Shown here piece by piece: positions 1 through 9,753 of a stretch of 64,000 bases of DNA. Position numbers and translations under genes: made by a program. Under the pieces are notes generated by a model. It had not been told where the DNA came from. It ran no database searches and saw only the letters and a program-made list of their open reading frames with translations. The stretch is from NCBI GenBank assembly GCA_963665385.1, contig OY762213.1, positions 325,793 through 389,792 of the forward strand, given 5' to 3'. Source of the DNA: Dehalococcoidia bacterium (lineage in GTDB: Bacteria > Chloroflexota > Dehalococcoidia > UBA6926). The number at the start of each line of letters is the position of its first letter. Positions within the stretch are counted from its first letter, which is position 1.

Positions 1-130
1 GGACGCGCATGCCGGGCTCCAGTTTCGGGAGCAGGTACGCCGCGTGACTCTCTGCCTTGCGTCGATCCAGCAACTGCAAAAAGTCCTCGCCGTAGCCCAT
101 CGTGTATTCAGGCGAGTGCTGTTCAGCCAT
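1..130 (-). CDS. SAM-dependent methyltransferase, N-terminal part (gene continues beyond window start)
   Basis: Reverse translation from ATG at 130 gives MAEQHSPEYTMGYGEDFLQLLDRRKAESHAAYLLPKLEPGMRV..., a typical class I methyltransferase N-terminus; AGGAG SD 9 nt upstream. Confidence 0.5.
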   Translation of the reverse strand, partial: MAEQHSPEYTMGYGEDFLQLLDRRKAESHAAYLLPKLEPGMRV

Positions 131-200
131 GTCGCGTACTCCTAAAGAAAGGGAACATTCTTCCGGGCGCTGGTCTCCACCGTATAACATCTCCATCCAC

Positions 201-257
201 CTCCGTCATTCCCGCTCCCCCCTCCGTCATTCCCGCGAAGGCGGGAATCTGAATCTC
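201..257. repeat. Interspersed hairpin repeat, family R1 (two copies, TCATTCCCGC...GCGGGAATC)
   Basis: ctccgtcattcccgc occurs twice; second copy forms 8-bp stem attcccgc/gcgggaat with GAAG loop; same element recurs at 17.6, 23.2, 23.7, 30.5 kb. Confidence 0.55.
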
Positions 258-390
258 ACTGCGCCAGCCATACACGCGCGCGAGTTCCTCCTTGACACCT
301 GTATAAAGTGATATAAACTAGTTTGTGTTGCAAACTAAAGCAGGGAATCGACAGGTGGGACTTACCCGAACAAGGGTAGAGGAGGACGCG

Positions 391-1023
391 ATGCAATCGG
401 CAGCAGGAGACGGACGAGAGCTTTCACCTCAACAGGGATGGGAAGATATCCACGCTACGATGGACCAGCTCCGCAGCTCCATGTACGTGGCCGGGACAGC
501 GACGATACTGCTTGTGTGGGGCGCAGTAATCTCGCTGGGCTACTTCGCGGAATATTCGTTCACGACGTTCCTTGAGGAAATGGCCGCCGACAGGCCCTGG
601 ATCAGGGCCCCGCTGTGGTTTGGGCTGGTGGCAGTGGGCATGGTCGCCAGCGCCATCATCGGCAGTCGGGCCGGGCAGAAGACCGGCGCGGGAGAGGCGG
701 CCAGATCCGCCGGCATCCGCACCTTCCTGTTCTGGCTCACCATCGGCATCGCCGCATTCGTGATGCCCGCCGCGCTCGGCCTCTGGGTGGAAGGCAACGC
801 CCAACAGATCGGCGGGGTGTCCATAGGCATCGCGATGCTCGGCTACATCCTCTTCGGAATCATGCACCGGCCCATCATCGCCGTCCTGGGCCTTGTATTC
901 CTCGCGGCGTACTTCATCCCCTACGCGCTGGAGGGCGATGCCGCTCTCCTCTACTCCGCCATCCTGACCTTGGCGACGGCCGCCGCAGGCTGGGCGCTCA
1001 TCCGCCGGAGCGACGTCCCGTGA
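391..1023 (+). CDS. Hypothetical polytopic membrane protein
   Basis: ORF with several hydrophobic helices; ATG at 391 preceded by GAGGAGGA SD; stop overlaps GTG start of downstream regulator (GTGA). Confidence 0.55.
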   Translation: MQSAAGDGRELSPQQGWEDIHATMDQLRSSMYVAGTATILLVWGAVISLGYFAEYSFTTFLEEMAADRPWIRAPLWFGLVAVGMVASAIIGSRAGQKTGAGEAARSAGIRTFLFWLTIGIAAFVMPAALGLWVEGNAQQIGGVSIGIAMLGYILFGIMHRPIIAVLGLVFLAAYFIPYALEGDAALLYSAILTLATAAAGWALIRRSDVP

Positions 1024-1198
1024 CGACAAACGGCGCCCCGGGCCTCGACGAGACGATCCCCCAACCAACGCGCTTGCGAATCCTGACCTTGGCGACGGCC
1101 ACCGCAGCCTGGGCGCTCATCCGCCGGAGTGACGTCCCGTGACGACAAACGACACCCCGGACCTCGACGAGATGATCCACCAACCGACGCGACTCCGG
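961..1198. repeat. 119-bp tandem duplication spanning membrane-protein 3' end / regulator 5' end
   Basis: 961-1079 and 1080-1198 are about 90% identical (atcctgaccttggcgacggcc...gacgtcccgtgacgacaaacg...). Confidence 0.8.
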
Positions 1199-1510
1199 AT
1201 CATGACGATGCTTGCCGCGCAGGGAGCCGATGACCGAGTCGCCTACGGCTACGTCCAGAAGGAATTGGCCCTGACCGGCGGAAACCTGACAATCCACCTG
1301 CGCAAACTCGAAGACGCGAGCTACGTCGCCATCACAAAAGACTTCATCGACGCGAAGCCCCGCACCTGGATCCAAACGACAGAGACAGGCCGCAACGCCT
1401 ACGCCCGCTACGTGCACAACCTCCGCCAAACCCTAAACCTACAACCCCCCCAACCCCGCCGGCAGACCTCTGGCCAAGAGACTGAGGAAAATCAGCCCAA
1501 ACTCTGGTGA
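1139..1510 (+). CDS. Winged-helix transcriptional regulator (HTH_34/ArsR-PadR-like wHTH)
   Basis: HQPTRLRIMTML...GYVQKELALTGGNLTIHLRKLEDASYVAI matches wHTH (helix-turn-helix plus wing) pattern; GTG start. Confidence 0.6.
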   Translation: MTTNDTPDLDEMIHQPTRLRIMTMLAAQGADDRVAYGYVQKELALTGGNLTIHLRKLEDASYVAITKDFIDAKPRTWIQTTETGRNAYARYVHNLRQTLNLQPPQPRRQTSGQETEENQPKLW

Positions 1511-1832
1511 TGTGGCGTCAAACCCACCCGCCGAACCAATCCCCCGTACCGCATCCTCGACCCACGCCAAATCCTTGCTCCTCTTCTTCCTGCTGCCTGC
1601 CTGCTGAGGAAATGGCTGCGATTGTGACAGCGTCAAATTGCAGGGGATCATTTGGTACCATGACAAAAGCCCCAACATCCCAGCGATGGACTCCTTTTAA
1701 TAAAGCCCCTTAAGTGCGGGCAGAAATTCAAGGAGCCATACTTGACAGGCACTCAGTCCCGATAATAGAATCGTCAAGGCCTTCGAGAGTAAGGTGCGGG
1801 ATCGCAGATTCACTTGTAAGTGAGGATATTTC

Positions 1833-4800
1833 ATGACACAGACGATAGTGCGGCCATGGAACCCAGTGCAGGTACTGGTTCTTGTTCTCGTAGGAGCATT
1901 GATTTCAGCGCTGGTGTTAGCCTTCGCTGTTCCGGCCATTGTGCAAGCGCAATCAAACGAAGCCATCGAGTACGCCGAGAACGGCAAAGACGCGGTGGCC
2001 ACCTTTACGGCCAACGACCCGGAGGGAGGCACGTCGATTACGTGGGGAATTGCGGGCGTGGCGCCGGCACCCGATCTTCTCAGCAGCATTAATGCTACTG
2101 ACAATGAGGACTCCGCTATCTTCACGATCGATGGGGACGGGACGCTTGAATTCGCGAACCCGCCTGACTACGAAACGCCCGGGGACGTGGGCACCAACAA
2201 CATCTACCAGGTGGTGGTGACGGCCACCGACGCTGCCACAAACGGGCTGACGGGCTTCCACGAAGTTACTGTCAAGGTCACGAACGTACCAGAGCAGGGT
2301 AAGGTGACCTGGACCGTCGCACCGGACGGCAGCACCGCCGAGTCGGTAACGCAGTTCGATGTCGGCGCACTCCTAACCGCCACCGCGACAGATGGCGACA
2401 TATCAGGGGCGACTAAGACTGTAAGCAATGCCATCTGGCGGTGGTACAGGTCGGCGGACGATACCTCTACGGGGACGTTGATAGAGGGCGCAGACGCCCA
2501 AGACAATACCTACACCACCACGCTCGATGACGCGGGCATGTACCTGCGGGCCGTGGCGCACTATGTCATCTCGGGTAACGTGGACCAGGAAACCGCCTCT
2601 TTGACCTCCGACTATCCCGTGTTGGCGGAACGGGTCGGGACCAACCAACTCGAGTTCGACCCGCTCACGGAGTCCAGGGAGGTTGCCGAGGGCGACGCGG
2701 GCAGGAACGTCGGCGCCCGGGTGACGGCGGAGGGCAACCACGGCGCGGTGTACTACACGCTAGGCGGCACCGACGTGACCAAGTTTGACATCGACGAGAA
2801 GACCGGCCAGATAACGACCATGGTGGACCTGGACTTCGAAGCGGCTGCGGGGGACGGTTCTGATAACTGCTCCGCAACGAACGCCTGCCAAGTCACCGTC
2901 ACGGCGAGAGACGCCTCCGGCGATGTAACCGACACGCCGGCGACCGTGAATATCAAGATAACGGACGTGGACGAGCCGCCGACATTCCCAGCAAGCGCAG
3001 TAACGGCAGTAACGGTGCCGGAGGGCCGGACAGACCTGTTCCACGCGTCGGACAGTGAGTTCAGTGAAACAGCGGAAACTAGCGTCACCTATACGGCCAC
3101 GGATCCGGAGACCCGAAACATTGTCTACACGCTGATGGGACTGGATTCGGCAAGGTTCAAGCTCAGCAACGCACAGGTCCTCTCCTTCAGGGCGAATCCT
3201 GACTTCGAGACTCCTACGGACAGGGACAGGGATAACGTGTACGAGGTGACCGTGCGGGCATCGGACGGCACGATGAACACCGACCGGGCGGTCAAAGTTA
3301 CCGTCATCGGCATCAACGAAGCCCCGGTTGTAACGGGCAGAGACAGCGTCAACTATACGGAGAACAGCGAGAGCGTGGTTGCCACCTTCACGGCCAACGA
3401 CCCGGAGGGAGGCACGTCGATTACGTGGGGAATTGCGGGCGTGGCGCCGGCACCCGATCTTCTCAGCAGCATTAATGCTACTGACAATGAGGACTCCGCT
3501 ATCTTCACGATCGATGGGGACGGGACGCTTGAATTCGCGAACCCGCCTGACTACGAAACGCCCGGGGACGTGGGCACCAACAACATCTACCAGGTGGTGG
3601 TGACGGCCACCGACGCTGCCACAAACGGGCTGACGGGCTTCCACGAAGTTACTGTCAAGGTCACGAACGTACCAGAGCAGGGTAAGGTGACCTGGACCGT
3701 CGCACCGGACGGCAGCACCGCCGAGTCGGTAACGCAGTTCGATGTCGGCGCACTCCTAACCGCCACCGCGACCGACGGCGACATAGCAGGTGGCACTAAG
3801 ACCGTGGTATCACCCGGCGCCACGAACATCGTATGGCGGTGGTTCAGAGGAGGCGCTGTCATCCAGGGCGAGGCAGGACTCACATACACCGTGGCTCTCG
3901 GCGACGTGGGCCAGCGCATCCGCGCTTCGGTGACATACCAGGTTGGGACAAGCACAGTCCAGGAAACCGCCTCTTTGACCTCCGACTATCCCGTGTTGGC
4001 GGAACGGGTCGGGACCAACCAACTCGAGTTCGACCCGCTCACGGAGTCCAGGGAGGTTGCCGAGGGCGACGCGGGCAGGAACGTCGGCGCCCGGGTGACG
4101 GCGGAGGGCAACCACGGCGCGGTGTACTACACGCTAGGCGGCACCGACGTGACCAAGTTTGACATCGACGAGAAGACCGGCCAGATAACGACCATGGTGG
4201 ACCTGGACTTCGAAGCGGCTGCGGGGGACGGTTCTGATAACTGCTCCGCAACGAACGCCTGCCAAGTCACCGTCACGGCGAGAGACGCCTCCGGCGATGT
4301 AACCGACACGCCGGCGACCGTGAATATCAAGATAACGGACGTGGACGAGCCGCCGACGTTCGATAGCGGGGCCGAGACGGTAACAATCGACGAAGGCGTG
4401 CAGATAGTAAGGGCCGACAGTAGCGGCGACGGTGTCTTCGACAGCAGCGACACTGCCAATCTCTACGTGGCGACGGACGAGGATGGACTCAACGTCAACC
4501 TATCCCTGTTGGGGCCGGACGCAGCCGACTTCAGCCTCAGTTCCGCTGGCGTCCTCTCCTTCGTGTCGAAGCCCGACTACGAGAATCCGGTGGACGTGAA
4601 CACAGACAACCTGTACGAGGTGACCGTGCGGGCCTCAGACGGCACGAAGCACGCCGACCGGAAGGTCAGAGTTACCGTGGAAGGCATCAACGAGGCGCCG
4701 GTGATCGCCCTCGTGCCTGCAAGCGGCCTGAGGGTGTCAGGAGACGACAGAGTGTCGGTGGCCGAGGGCACAACCGCAGTGACCAGCTACACGGCCAGTG

Positions 4801-5189
4801 GCCCGAACCAGGCGTCGGCCAGGTGGACGCTGTCGGGCACGGACGCCGGAGACTTCAGGATCGGCAGCGGCAGCGGCGTGCTCACGTTCGCGGCCACGCC
4901 GGACTTCGAGGCGCCTGCGGACGGCAACGGTGACAACGTGTACGAGGTGACCGTGACGGCCACTGACAGCGAGGGCGCCAGCGACGACATAGACGTGACG
5001 GTGACAGTCACGGACGTGGATGAGACGACGCCAAGCGATCCGTTGCTTGCCGAGTTCGATCCGAACGGTGACGGCAGGATCGAGGTGGCCGACATGCGGC
5101 GGGCAGTAGGCGACTTCTTCGGAGCTATTCCAACATTCTCCGAGGCTGACATGCGGAGGCTGGTAGGCATCTTCTTCACCCAGTCGTAG
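1833..5189 (+). CDS. Secreted cadherin-like repeat protein with C-terminal dockerin/EF-hand-like Ca-binding motif
   Basis: N-terminal signal peptide; repeated VTVTATD...VTDVDE(P/A)P cadherin-type modules; C-terminus DPNGDGRIEVADMRRAV resembles dockerin type I repeat; GAGGA SD. Confidence 0.7.
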   Translation: MTQTIVRPWNPVQVLVLVLVGALISALVLAFAVPAIVQAQSNEAIEYAENGKDAVATFTANDPEGGTSITWGIAGVAPAPDLLSSINATDNEDSAIFTIDGDGTLEFANPPDYETPGDVGTNNIYQVVVTATDAATNGLTGFHEVTVKVTNVPEQGKVTWTVAPDGSTAESVTQFDVGALLTATATDGDISGATKTVSNAIWRWYRSADDTSTGTLIEGADAQDNTYTTTLDDAGMYLRAVAHYVISGNVDQETASLTSDYPVLAERVGTNQLEFDPLTESREVAEGDAGRNVGARVTAEGNHGAVYYTLGGTDVTKFDIDEKTGQITTMVDLDFEAAAGDGSDNCSATNACQVTVTARDASGDVTDTPATVNIKITDVDEPPTFPASAVTAVTVPEGRTDLFHASDSEFSETAETSVTYTATDPETRNIVYTLMGLDSARFKLSNAQVLSFRANPDFETPTDRDRDNVYEVTVRASDGTMNTDRAVKVTVIGINEAPVVTGRDSVNYTENSESVVATFTANDPEGGTSITWGIAGVAPAPDLLSSINATDNEDSAIFTIDGDGTLEFANPPDYETPGDVGTNNIYQVVVTATDAATNGLTGFHEVTVKVTNVPEQGKVTWTVAPDGSTAESVTQFDVGALLTATATDGDIAGGTKTVVSPGATNIVWRWFRGGAVIQGEAGLTYTVALGDVGQRIRASVTYQVGTSTVQETASLTSDYPVLAERVGTNQLEFDPLTESREVAEGDAGRNVGARVTAEGNHGAVYYTLGGTDVTKFDIDEKTGQITTMVDLDFEAAAGDGSDNCSATNACQVTVTARDASGDVTDTPATVNIKITDVDEPPTFDSGAETVTIDEGVQIVRADSSGDGVFDSSDTANLYVATDEDGLNVNLSLLGPDAADFSLSSAGVLSFVSKPDYENPVDVNTDNLYEVTVRASDGTKHADRKVRVTVEGINEAPVIALVPASGLRVSGDDRVSVAEGTTAVTSYTASGPNQASARWTLSGTDAGDFRIGSGSGVLTFAATPDFEAPADGNGDNVYEVTVTATDSEGASDDIDVTVTVTDVDETTPSDPLLAEFDPNGDGRIEVADMRRAVGDFFGAIPTFSEADMRRLVGIFFTQS
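1998..4368. repeat. Intragenic direct repeat, 1383-bp period, mosaic near-identity
   Basis: 1998-2395 matches 3381-3778 and 2563-2990 matches 3943-4368 almost base-for-base, separated by diverged blocks. Confidence 0.85.
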
Positions 5190-5210
5190 AGAAGCGCAAG
5201 AAAAAAGCCG

Positions 5211-5255
5211 CGGCGGGGCTGACGACGGAATAGACGTCCGCCCCGCCGTGTTGCA
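5211..5255 (+). terminator. Possible intrinsic terminator after cadherin-like gene
   Basis: gcggcggggc...gccccgccg inverted repeat followed by tgttg; weak T-tract. Confidence 0.3.
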
Positions 5256-5285
5256 TGAGGCAACTTAGGAGAACGTAGGACCGCC

Positions 5286-7730
5286 ATGAAGAGATCGCTG
5301 AAGATTGCTGTGGTGACCGCGATAGTAGCTGTCTTGGGAACGCTGGCGCTGATACAAGTGGCGGCGCAGCAACCCACAACGACGAGAGAAATCAGCCCCG
5401 CAACGCTGCCGGCGAGTGGAGGTGAGGCAACCGTGACCATCACGATCGCCGGTTCCTACGGCGGAGTTGGAGTGGTGGTGGAGACCCTGCCGGACGGATA
5501 CTCCTACGTTGATGGATCGGGGAGCATAACGCCGACAGTGAGCGGGCAGGATCTCACCTTCGCCCTGGTGGCCGATACGTCGTTCTCCTACAAGGTGATG
5601 GTCGCAGCAGATGTGGAAGCATCAGACGCCCTGATGGGCGTGCTGACATACGGGCTTACTACGAAGAGCAATGTGCCCGTGACGGGTCATACAAGCGTGA
5701 CGGTGGAACCGTCGCAGCAGCCGACAGGCGTCACAGTGACGAGGGGGATTACTCCCGCGGCGGTGGCGGCTGGCGAAGAGGCAACCGTGACCATCACGAT
5801 CGCCGGTTCCTACGGCGGAGTTGGAGTGGTGGTGGAGACCCTGCCAACCGGGTTCTCCTATGTAGCAGGATCGGGGACCATAACGCCGACAGTGAGTGGG
5901 CAGGATCTCACCTTCGCCCTGGTGGCCGATACATCGTTCTCCTATAAGGTGACGGCGTCAGACTCGGAAGGCCAACACGCCTTGGCCGGCGTGCTGACAT
6001 ACGGGCTTATGACGAAGACCAATGTGCCCGTGACGGGCGATGCCAGCGTGACAGTGCAGGCGGCACAGCCGACCGGCGTCACGGCAGCGCGGGCCATCAA
6101 CCCCGCCGCGCTTCCGGCAGGCGGAGAGGCAACCGTGACCGTCACGATTACAGGCGACTACGGCGGAGTTGGGGTGGTGGTGGAGACCCTGCCAACTGGG
6201 TTCTCCTATGTATCAGGATCGGGGACCATAACGCCGACAGTGAGCGGGCAGGATCTCACCTTCGCCTTGGTGGCCGATACATCGTTCTCCTATAAGGTGA
6301 CGGCGCCGGCTGCGGTAAGCCAGCACGTGTTTGCCGGCGAGCTGATATACGGGCTTACTACGAAGACCAATGTGCCCGTGACAGGTGATACGGCTGTGAC
6401 GGGGACGACGGCGTCCCTCACCGTATCGAGGTCCCTCAGCCCTTCTAATGTGCCGCAGAGCGGCGGCCAAGTGACGGTGAGAATCAACATCGTCGGCGAT
6501 TACGGCGGAGTTGGGGTGGTGGTGGAAACCCTGCCAAATGGGTTCTCCTATGTATCCGGATCGGGGAGCATAGCGCCGGAAGTGAACGGGCAGGATCTCA
6601 CCTTCGCCCTGGTGGCCGATACATCGTTCTCCTATAAGGTGGCGGCGCCGGCCTCGGTAGGCCGACACTCGTTTGCCGGCGAGCTGAGATACGGGATTCA
6701 GCAACCTAGATCCGTCCTCTCCGTTACAGGCGATAGGCGCGTGACAGTGGAGGCGCCGCGGACACCGTCTGACCCAGGTGGTCAGCCTCAGGCTAACCGT
6801 TCCCCGGTATTCGAGGAAGGTCGCAGCGCGACGCGCTCGATCGACGAGAATTCCGAGCCCGGGACGGCCGTCGGAGACCCGGTCACCGCCAGGGACCGTG
6901 ACGACGACACACTGATGTACAGCCTCTCTGGGGCAGATGCGGCGCTCTTCAACATCAACGAGAGCAACGGCCAAATTACGACTGCCCAGGGTACGACCCT
7001 GGACTACGAGGCCAGGAACTCCTATGACGTCACCGTGCGGGTCACTGACCCAACCGAAAGAGAAGACGACATCGACATCGCCATCAGGGTGACCAACGTT
7101 GACGAGGCTGGCGCGGTTACACTGTCGCCACAGCAGCCGATGGTCGACACGGAACTGATGGCGACCCTGACGGACCCTGACGGGTCGTTGTCGAGTCTCA
7201 GCTGGGCGTGGGAACGCTCCGCAGACAACACGACCTGGGCCGCCATAGGGGGAGCGGGGGCGAGCGCCTACACGCCGGTGGAGGCGGACGAAGGCCACTA
7301 CCTGAGGGCGACGGTGGCGTACGCCGACGGCCACGGCGGGAACAAGAGCGCGATGATGGCGTTCGCCGACCTGGTGCCGACTACAGCCACACCGGAGCCC
7401 ACAGCCACACCGGAGCCCACGGCCACACCGGAGCCCACGGCCACACCGAGGCCCACGGCCACACCGAGGCCCACAGCCACACCGAGGCCCACAGCCACAC
7501 CGGAGCCCACAGCCATACCGGAGCCCACAGCCATACCGGAGCCCACAGCCACACCGGAGCCCACAGCCATACCGGAGCCCACGGCTGCACCGGAGCCTAC
7601 GGCCACGGTTGGTCCGCCCGTGGAGCCTGAAGATGACGGCGGGTTCCCGCTATGGGCGATTGCCCTGATCGTCATCGGAGTGTTGGTAGCGGGAGGTCTC
7701 GTCTTCTACCTGATCCGGTTGAGGTCGTGA
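5286..7730 (+). CDS. Secreted surface protein: four ~110-aa repeats, cadherin-like module, (TATPEP)n linker, C-terminal TM anchor
   Basis: Signal peptide; repeats of ATVTITIAGSYGGVGVVVETLP...SFSYKV; cadherin-like VTVRVTDP...NVDEAG; C-terminal hydrophobic helix + RLRS tail (sortase/exosortase-like sorting signal); AGGAG SD. Confidence 0.7.
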   Translation: MKRSLKIAVVTAIVAVLGTLALIQVAAQQPTTTREISPATLPASGGEATVTITIAGSYGGVGVVVETLPDGYSYVDGSGSITPTVSGQDLTFALVADTSFSYKVMVAADVEASDALMGVLTYGLTTKSNVPVTGHTSVTVEPSQQPTGVTVTRGITPAAVAAGEEATVTITIAGSYGGVGVVVETLPTGFSYVAGSGTITPTVSGQDLTFALVADTSFSYKVTASDSEGQHALAGVLTYGLMTKTNVPVTGDASVTVQAAQPTGVTAARAINPAALPAGGEATVTVTITGDYGGVGVVVETLPTGFSYVSGSGTITPTVSGQDLTFALVADTSFSYKVTAPAAVSQHVFAGELIYGLTTKTNVPVTGDTAVTGTTASLTVSRSLSPSNVPQSGGQVTVRINIVGDYGGVGVVVETLPNGFSYVSGSGSIAPEVNGQDLTFALVADTSFSYKVAAPASVGRHSFAGELRYGIQQPRSVLSVTGDRRVTVEAPRTPSDPGGQPQANRSPVFEEGRSATRSIDENSEPGTAVGDPVTARDRDDDTLMYSLSGADAALFNINESNGQITTAQGTTLDYEARNSYDVTVRVTDPTEREDDIDIAIRVTNVDEAGAVTLSPQQPMVDTELMATLTDPDGSLSSLSWAWERSADNTTWAAIGGAGASAYTPVEADEGHYLRATVAYADGHGGNKSAMMAFADLVPTTATPEPTATPEPTATPEPTATPRPTATPRPTATPRPTATPEPTAIPEPTAIPEPTATPEPTAIPEPTAAPEPTATVGPPVEPEDDGGFPLWAIALIVIGVLVAGGLVFYLIRLRS
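7381..7606. repeat. 15-bp tandem repeat (about 15 copies) encoding T-A-T/I-P-E/R-P
   Basis: acagccacaccggagccc unit repeated with point variants (gag/agg, aca/ata). Confidence 0.9.
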
Positions 7731-7765
7731 TAGTATCCAGGGCTTAGCTAAGACCAAGGGAAAAA

Positions 7766-7796
7766 GAGGGGGCTTCACATGAAGCCCCCTTTTCTT
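7766..7796 (+). terminator. Rho-independent terminator
   Basis: agggggcttcacatgaagccccct followed by tttcttg. Confidence 0.7.
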
Positions 7797-8304
7797 GTCT
7801 CTGCACGACTGGAGTACGGCCGAGACTTACAGGTGCAGAACCAATGTCAGGGTGAACGCCTGGGAAAGCTCGCCCTCGCAGGTGGTCAGCAGACCGGTTC
7901 TTTGATGCGCCGTCAGTAGTCCCCCCACTATCTGTCGCCTCTTATCCAACCCCGGCCACCCCCAATTCGACTGTTCATGAGAACAGTCTATTTTTGTGTC
8001 TAGTGGGAGACAGAAACGTCGTCCGGCACTGGGGCGGCAGATTCCCAACCTCCATCTAAACAAACTCTTCTCGCTGATGGATGCGTTGACCGTGCAGCGG
8101 GATCGAACGTTCATCGAGGAGAACTACAAGAACGAGAAGTTCAGAGACGGGACGCCATAAACGGGATGGCCAGGGCGCGATACGGTAAGTCTCTACTGGC
8201 GGTGCTCATCGGCGTGGCTGCATGGGGTGTCGGACGGCCATTCACGATGTCCTGCGGGGCAGCCTTGACTTGGGGACAGGTTCATTGTGATGGGGCTGTG
8301 AGGA

Positions 8305-8760
8305 GTGCTCTACTGGCTCCTCTTCAGCGTTTTTGCATGGACACTCGCCCGGCTGCTGACTGTCTACTTCGATGTCGAAGTGGAGAGCGTGACGTACCTC
8401 CAGTTCGTCCGCAGGTTCGGCTTCGTGTTTGCACCCGGCCTCCTCTTGATCGTGGCGCTCCTTGCCGCGCAGGGAGCCGATGACCGAGTCGCCTACGGCT
8501 ACGTCCAGAAGGAACTGGCCCTGACCGGCGGCAACCTCACAATCCACCTGCGCAAACTCGAAGACGCGAGCTACGTCGCCATCACAAAAGACTTCATCGA
8601 CGCGAAGCCCCGCACCTGGATCCAAACGACAGAGACAGGCCGCAACGCCTACGCCCGCTACGTGCACAACCTCCGCCAAACCCTAAACCTGCAACCCCCC
8701 AACCCCGCCGCACCAACCCCCAAGAAGACCCAGACCAGAACCAGCCACGCCTCAACCTGA
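8305..8760 (+). pseudogene. Divergent or degenerate paralog of the wHTH regulator (N-terminal helix replaced by hydrophobic segment)
   Basis: 8462-8706 is about 98% identical to 1210-1452 (C-terminal 85 aa identical to regulator at 1139); only GTG start with poor SD spacing. Confidence 0.4.
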
Positions 8761-8808
8761 AGCGCAAAGCGGTCCCGGCTATCCGGAGTCAGCGATGCGG
8801 GCGCCCCG

Positions 8809-9686
8809 TCACCCGCAGAAGGGCAAGCCGAGTTTGTCGAAGTCGTTGTTGGGCACGCCCTGCAATACACTGGGTACGCACCCGCTCAGCTGGTTGCCGG
8901 AGAGGCTCAGGACTACGAGATTGGAGAGGTTTCCCAGCTCCGGCGGTATCTCCCCGCTCAAGTCGTTGGAGCGGAGGTGCAGCCATTCAAGGTTGACGAG
9001 GTTTCCCAGCTCCGGCGGTATCTCCCCGCTCAAGTCGTTGGACCCGAGATACAGCTTTTGAAGGTTGGAAAGGCTGCCCAACTCCGGCGGTATCTCCCCG
9101 CTCAAGTCGTTGGAGGTGAGGTCCAGCTCCACAAGGTTGGCGAGGTTTCCCAGCTCCGGCGGTATCTCACCTCTCAATTCGTTGCCGCCGAGGTCCAGCT
9201 CCACAAGGTTGGCGAGGTTTCCCAGCTCCGGCGGTATCTCTCCGCTCAACTCGTTGGTGTAGAGGATCAGCCATTCAAGGTTTGCGAGACTGCCCAGCTC
9301 TGGCGGTATCTCCCCGGTCAAGTCCCTGGTGTTGAGGATCAGCGCTATGACCCGGCCGTTGGCGTCGACCCCGACGCCGTGCCAATTATCCAGCGGCGCG
9401 TCGCTCAGCCAGAACGCGTTCCAGCCATGCCAGTTGGGGCCGTCCGTGGCGTTGTATAGCGCCTCCAGCACCTCCCGGTCCTCAGACAGAGGTCCGCTGT
9501 CGGATACGGAAACAGGCGTAGATGTCTCCGTAGACGCTGGCGCCGGCGTATTGCCGGGCGTCATGCCGGGAGCTTGGGTTGACTGCGTGGCCCCTCTGTC
9601 GGCGATTCACCGCCGCAGGCCAGCAAAGCTGTGGAGAGGACCAGCGAGAGACTTATGAGAATTAGATTTCTCGTGATGTCAACCAT
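8809..9686 (-). pseudogene. Plant-type LRR lipoprotein, frameshifted copy
   Basis: 24-residue LRRs LxxLxLxxNxLSGEIPPELGNL; lipoprotein signal MVDITRNLILISLSLVLSTALLACGG (ATG 9686, GGGGGA SD) is out of frame with the LRR body (ATG 9564) because of a 1-bp deletion near 9587 relative to paralog at 9754-10881. Confidence 0.6.
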
Positions 9687-9753
9687 TCATATCCCCCGTT
9701 GAGATAATGGAGAAGGCCCGCTGGATCCTGGTTCCGACGAAAGCCGGCGAGCA

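Noticed and set aside
2760-3644. 294-aa minus-strand ORF (and duplicate 1953-2261) inside cadherin-like gene
   Set aside because: Antisense ORF in high-GC coding DNA. It is duplicated only because the sense gene has an internal repeat.
7381-7606. Possible CRISPR array (regular short repeats)
   Set aside because: The units are contiguous 15-bp tandem repeats with no spacers. They lie inside a coding sequence and encode a TP-rich linker.
7208-7675. ORFs with HTGAHS/AVGSG repeats
   Set aside because: Alternative-frame or antisense translations of the 15-bp TATPEP tandem repeat inside the 5286-7730 gene.
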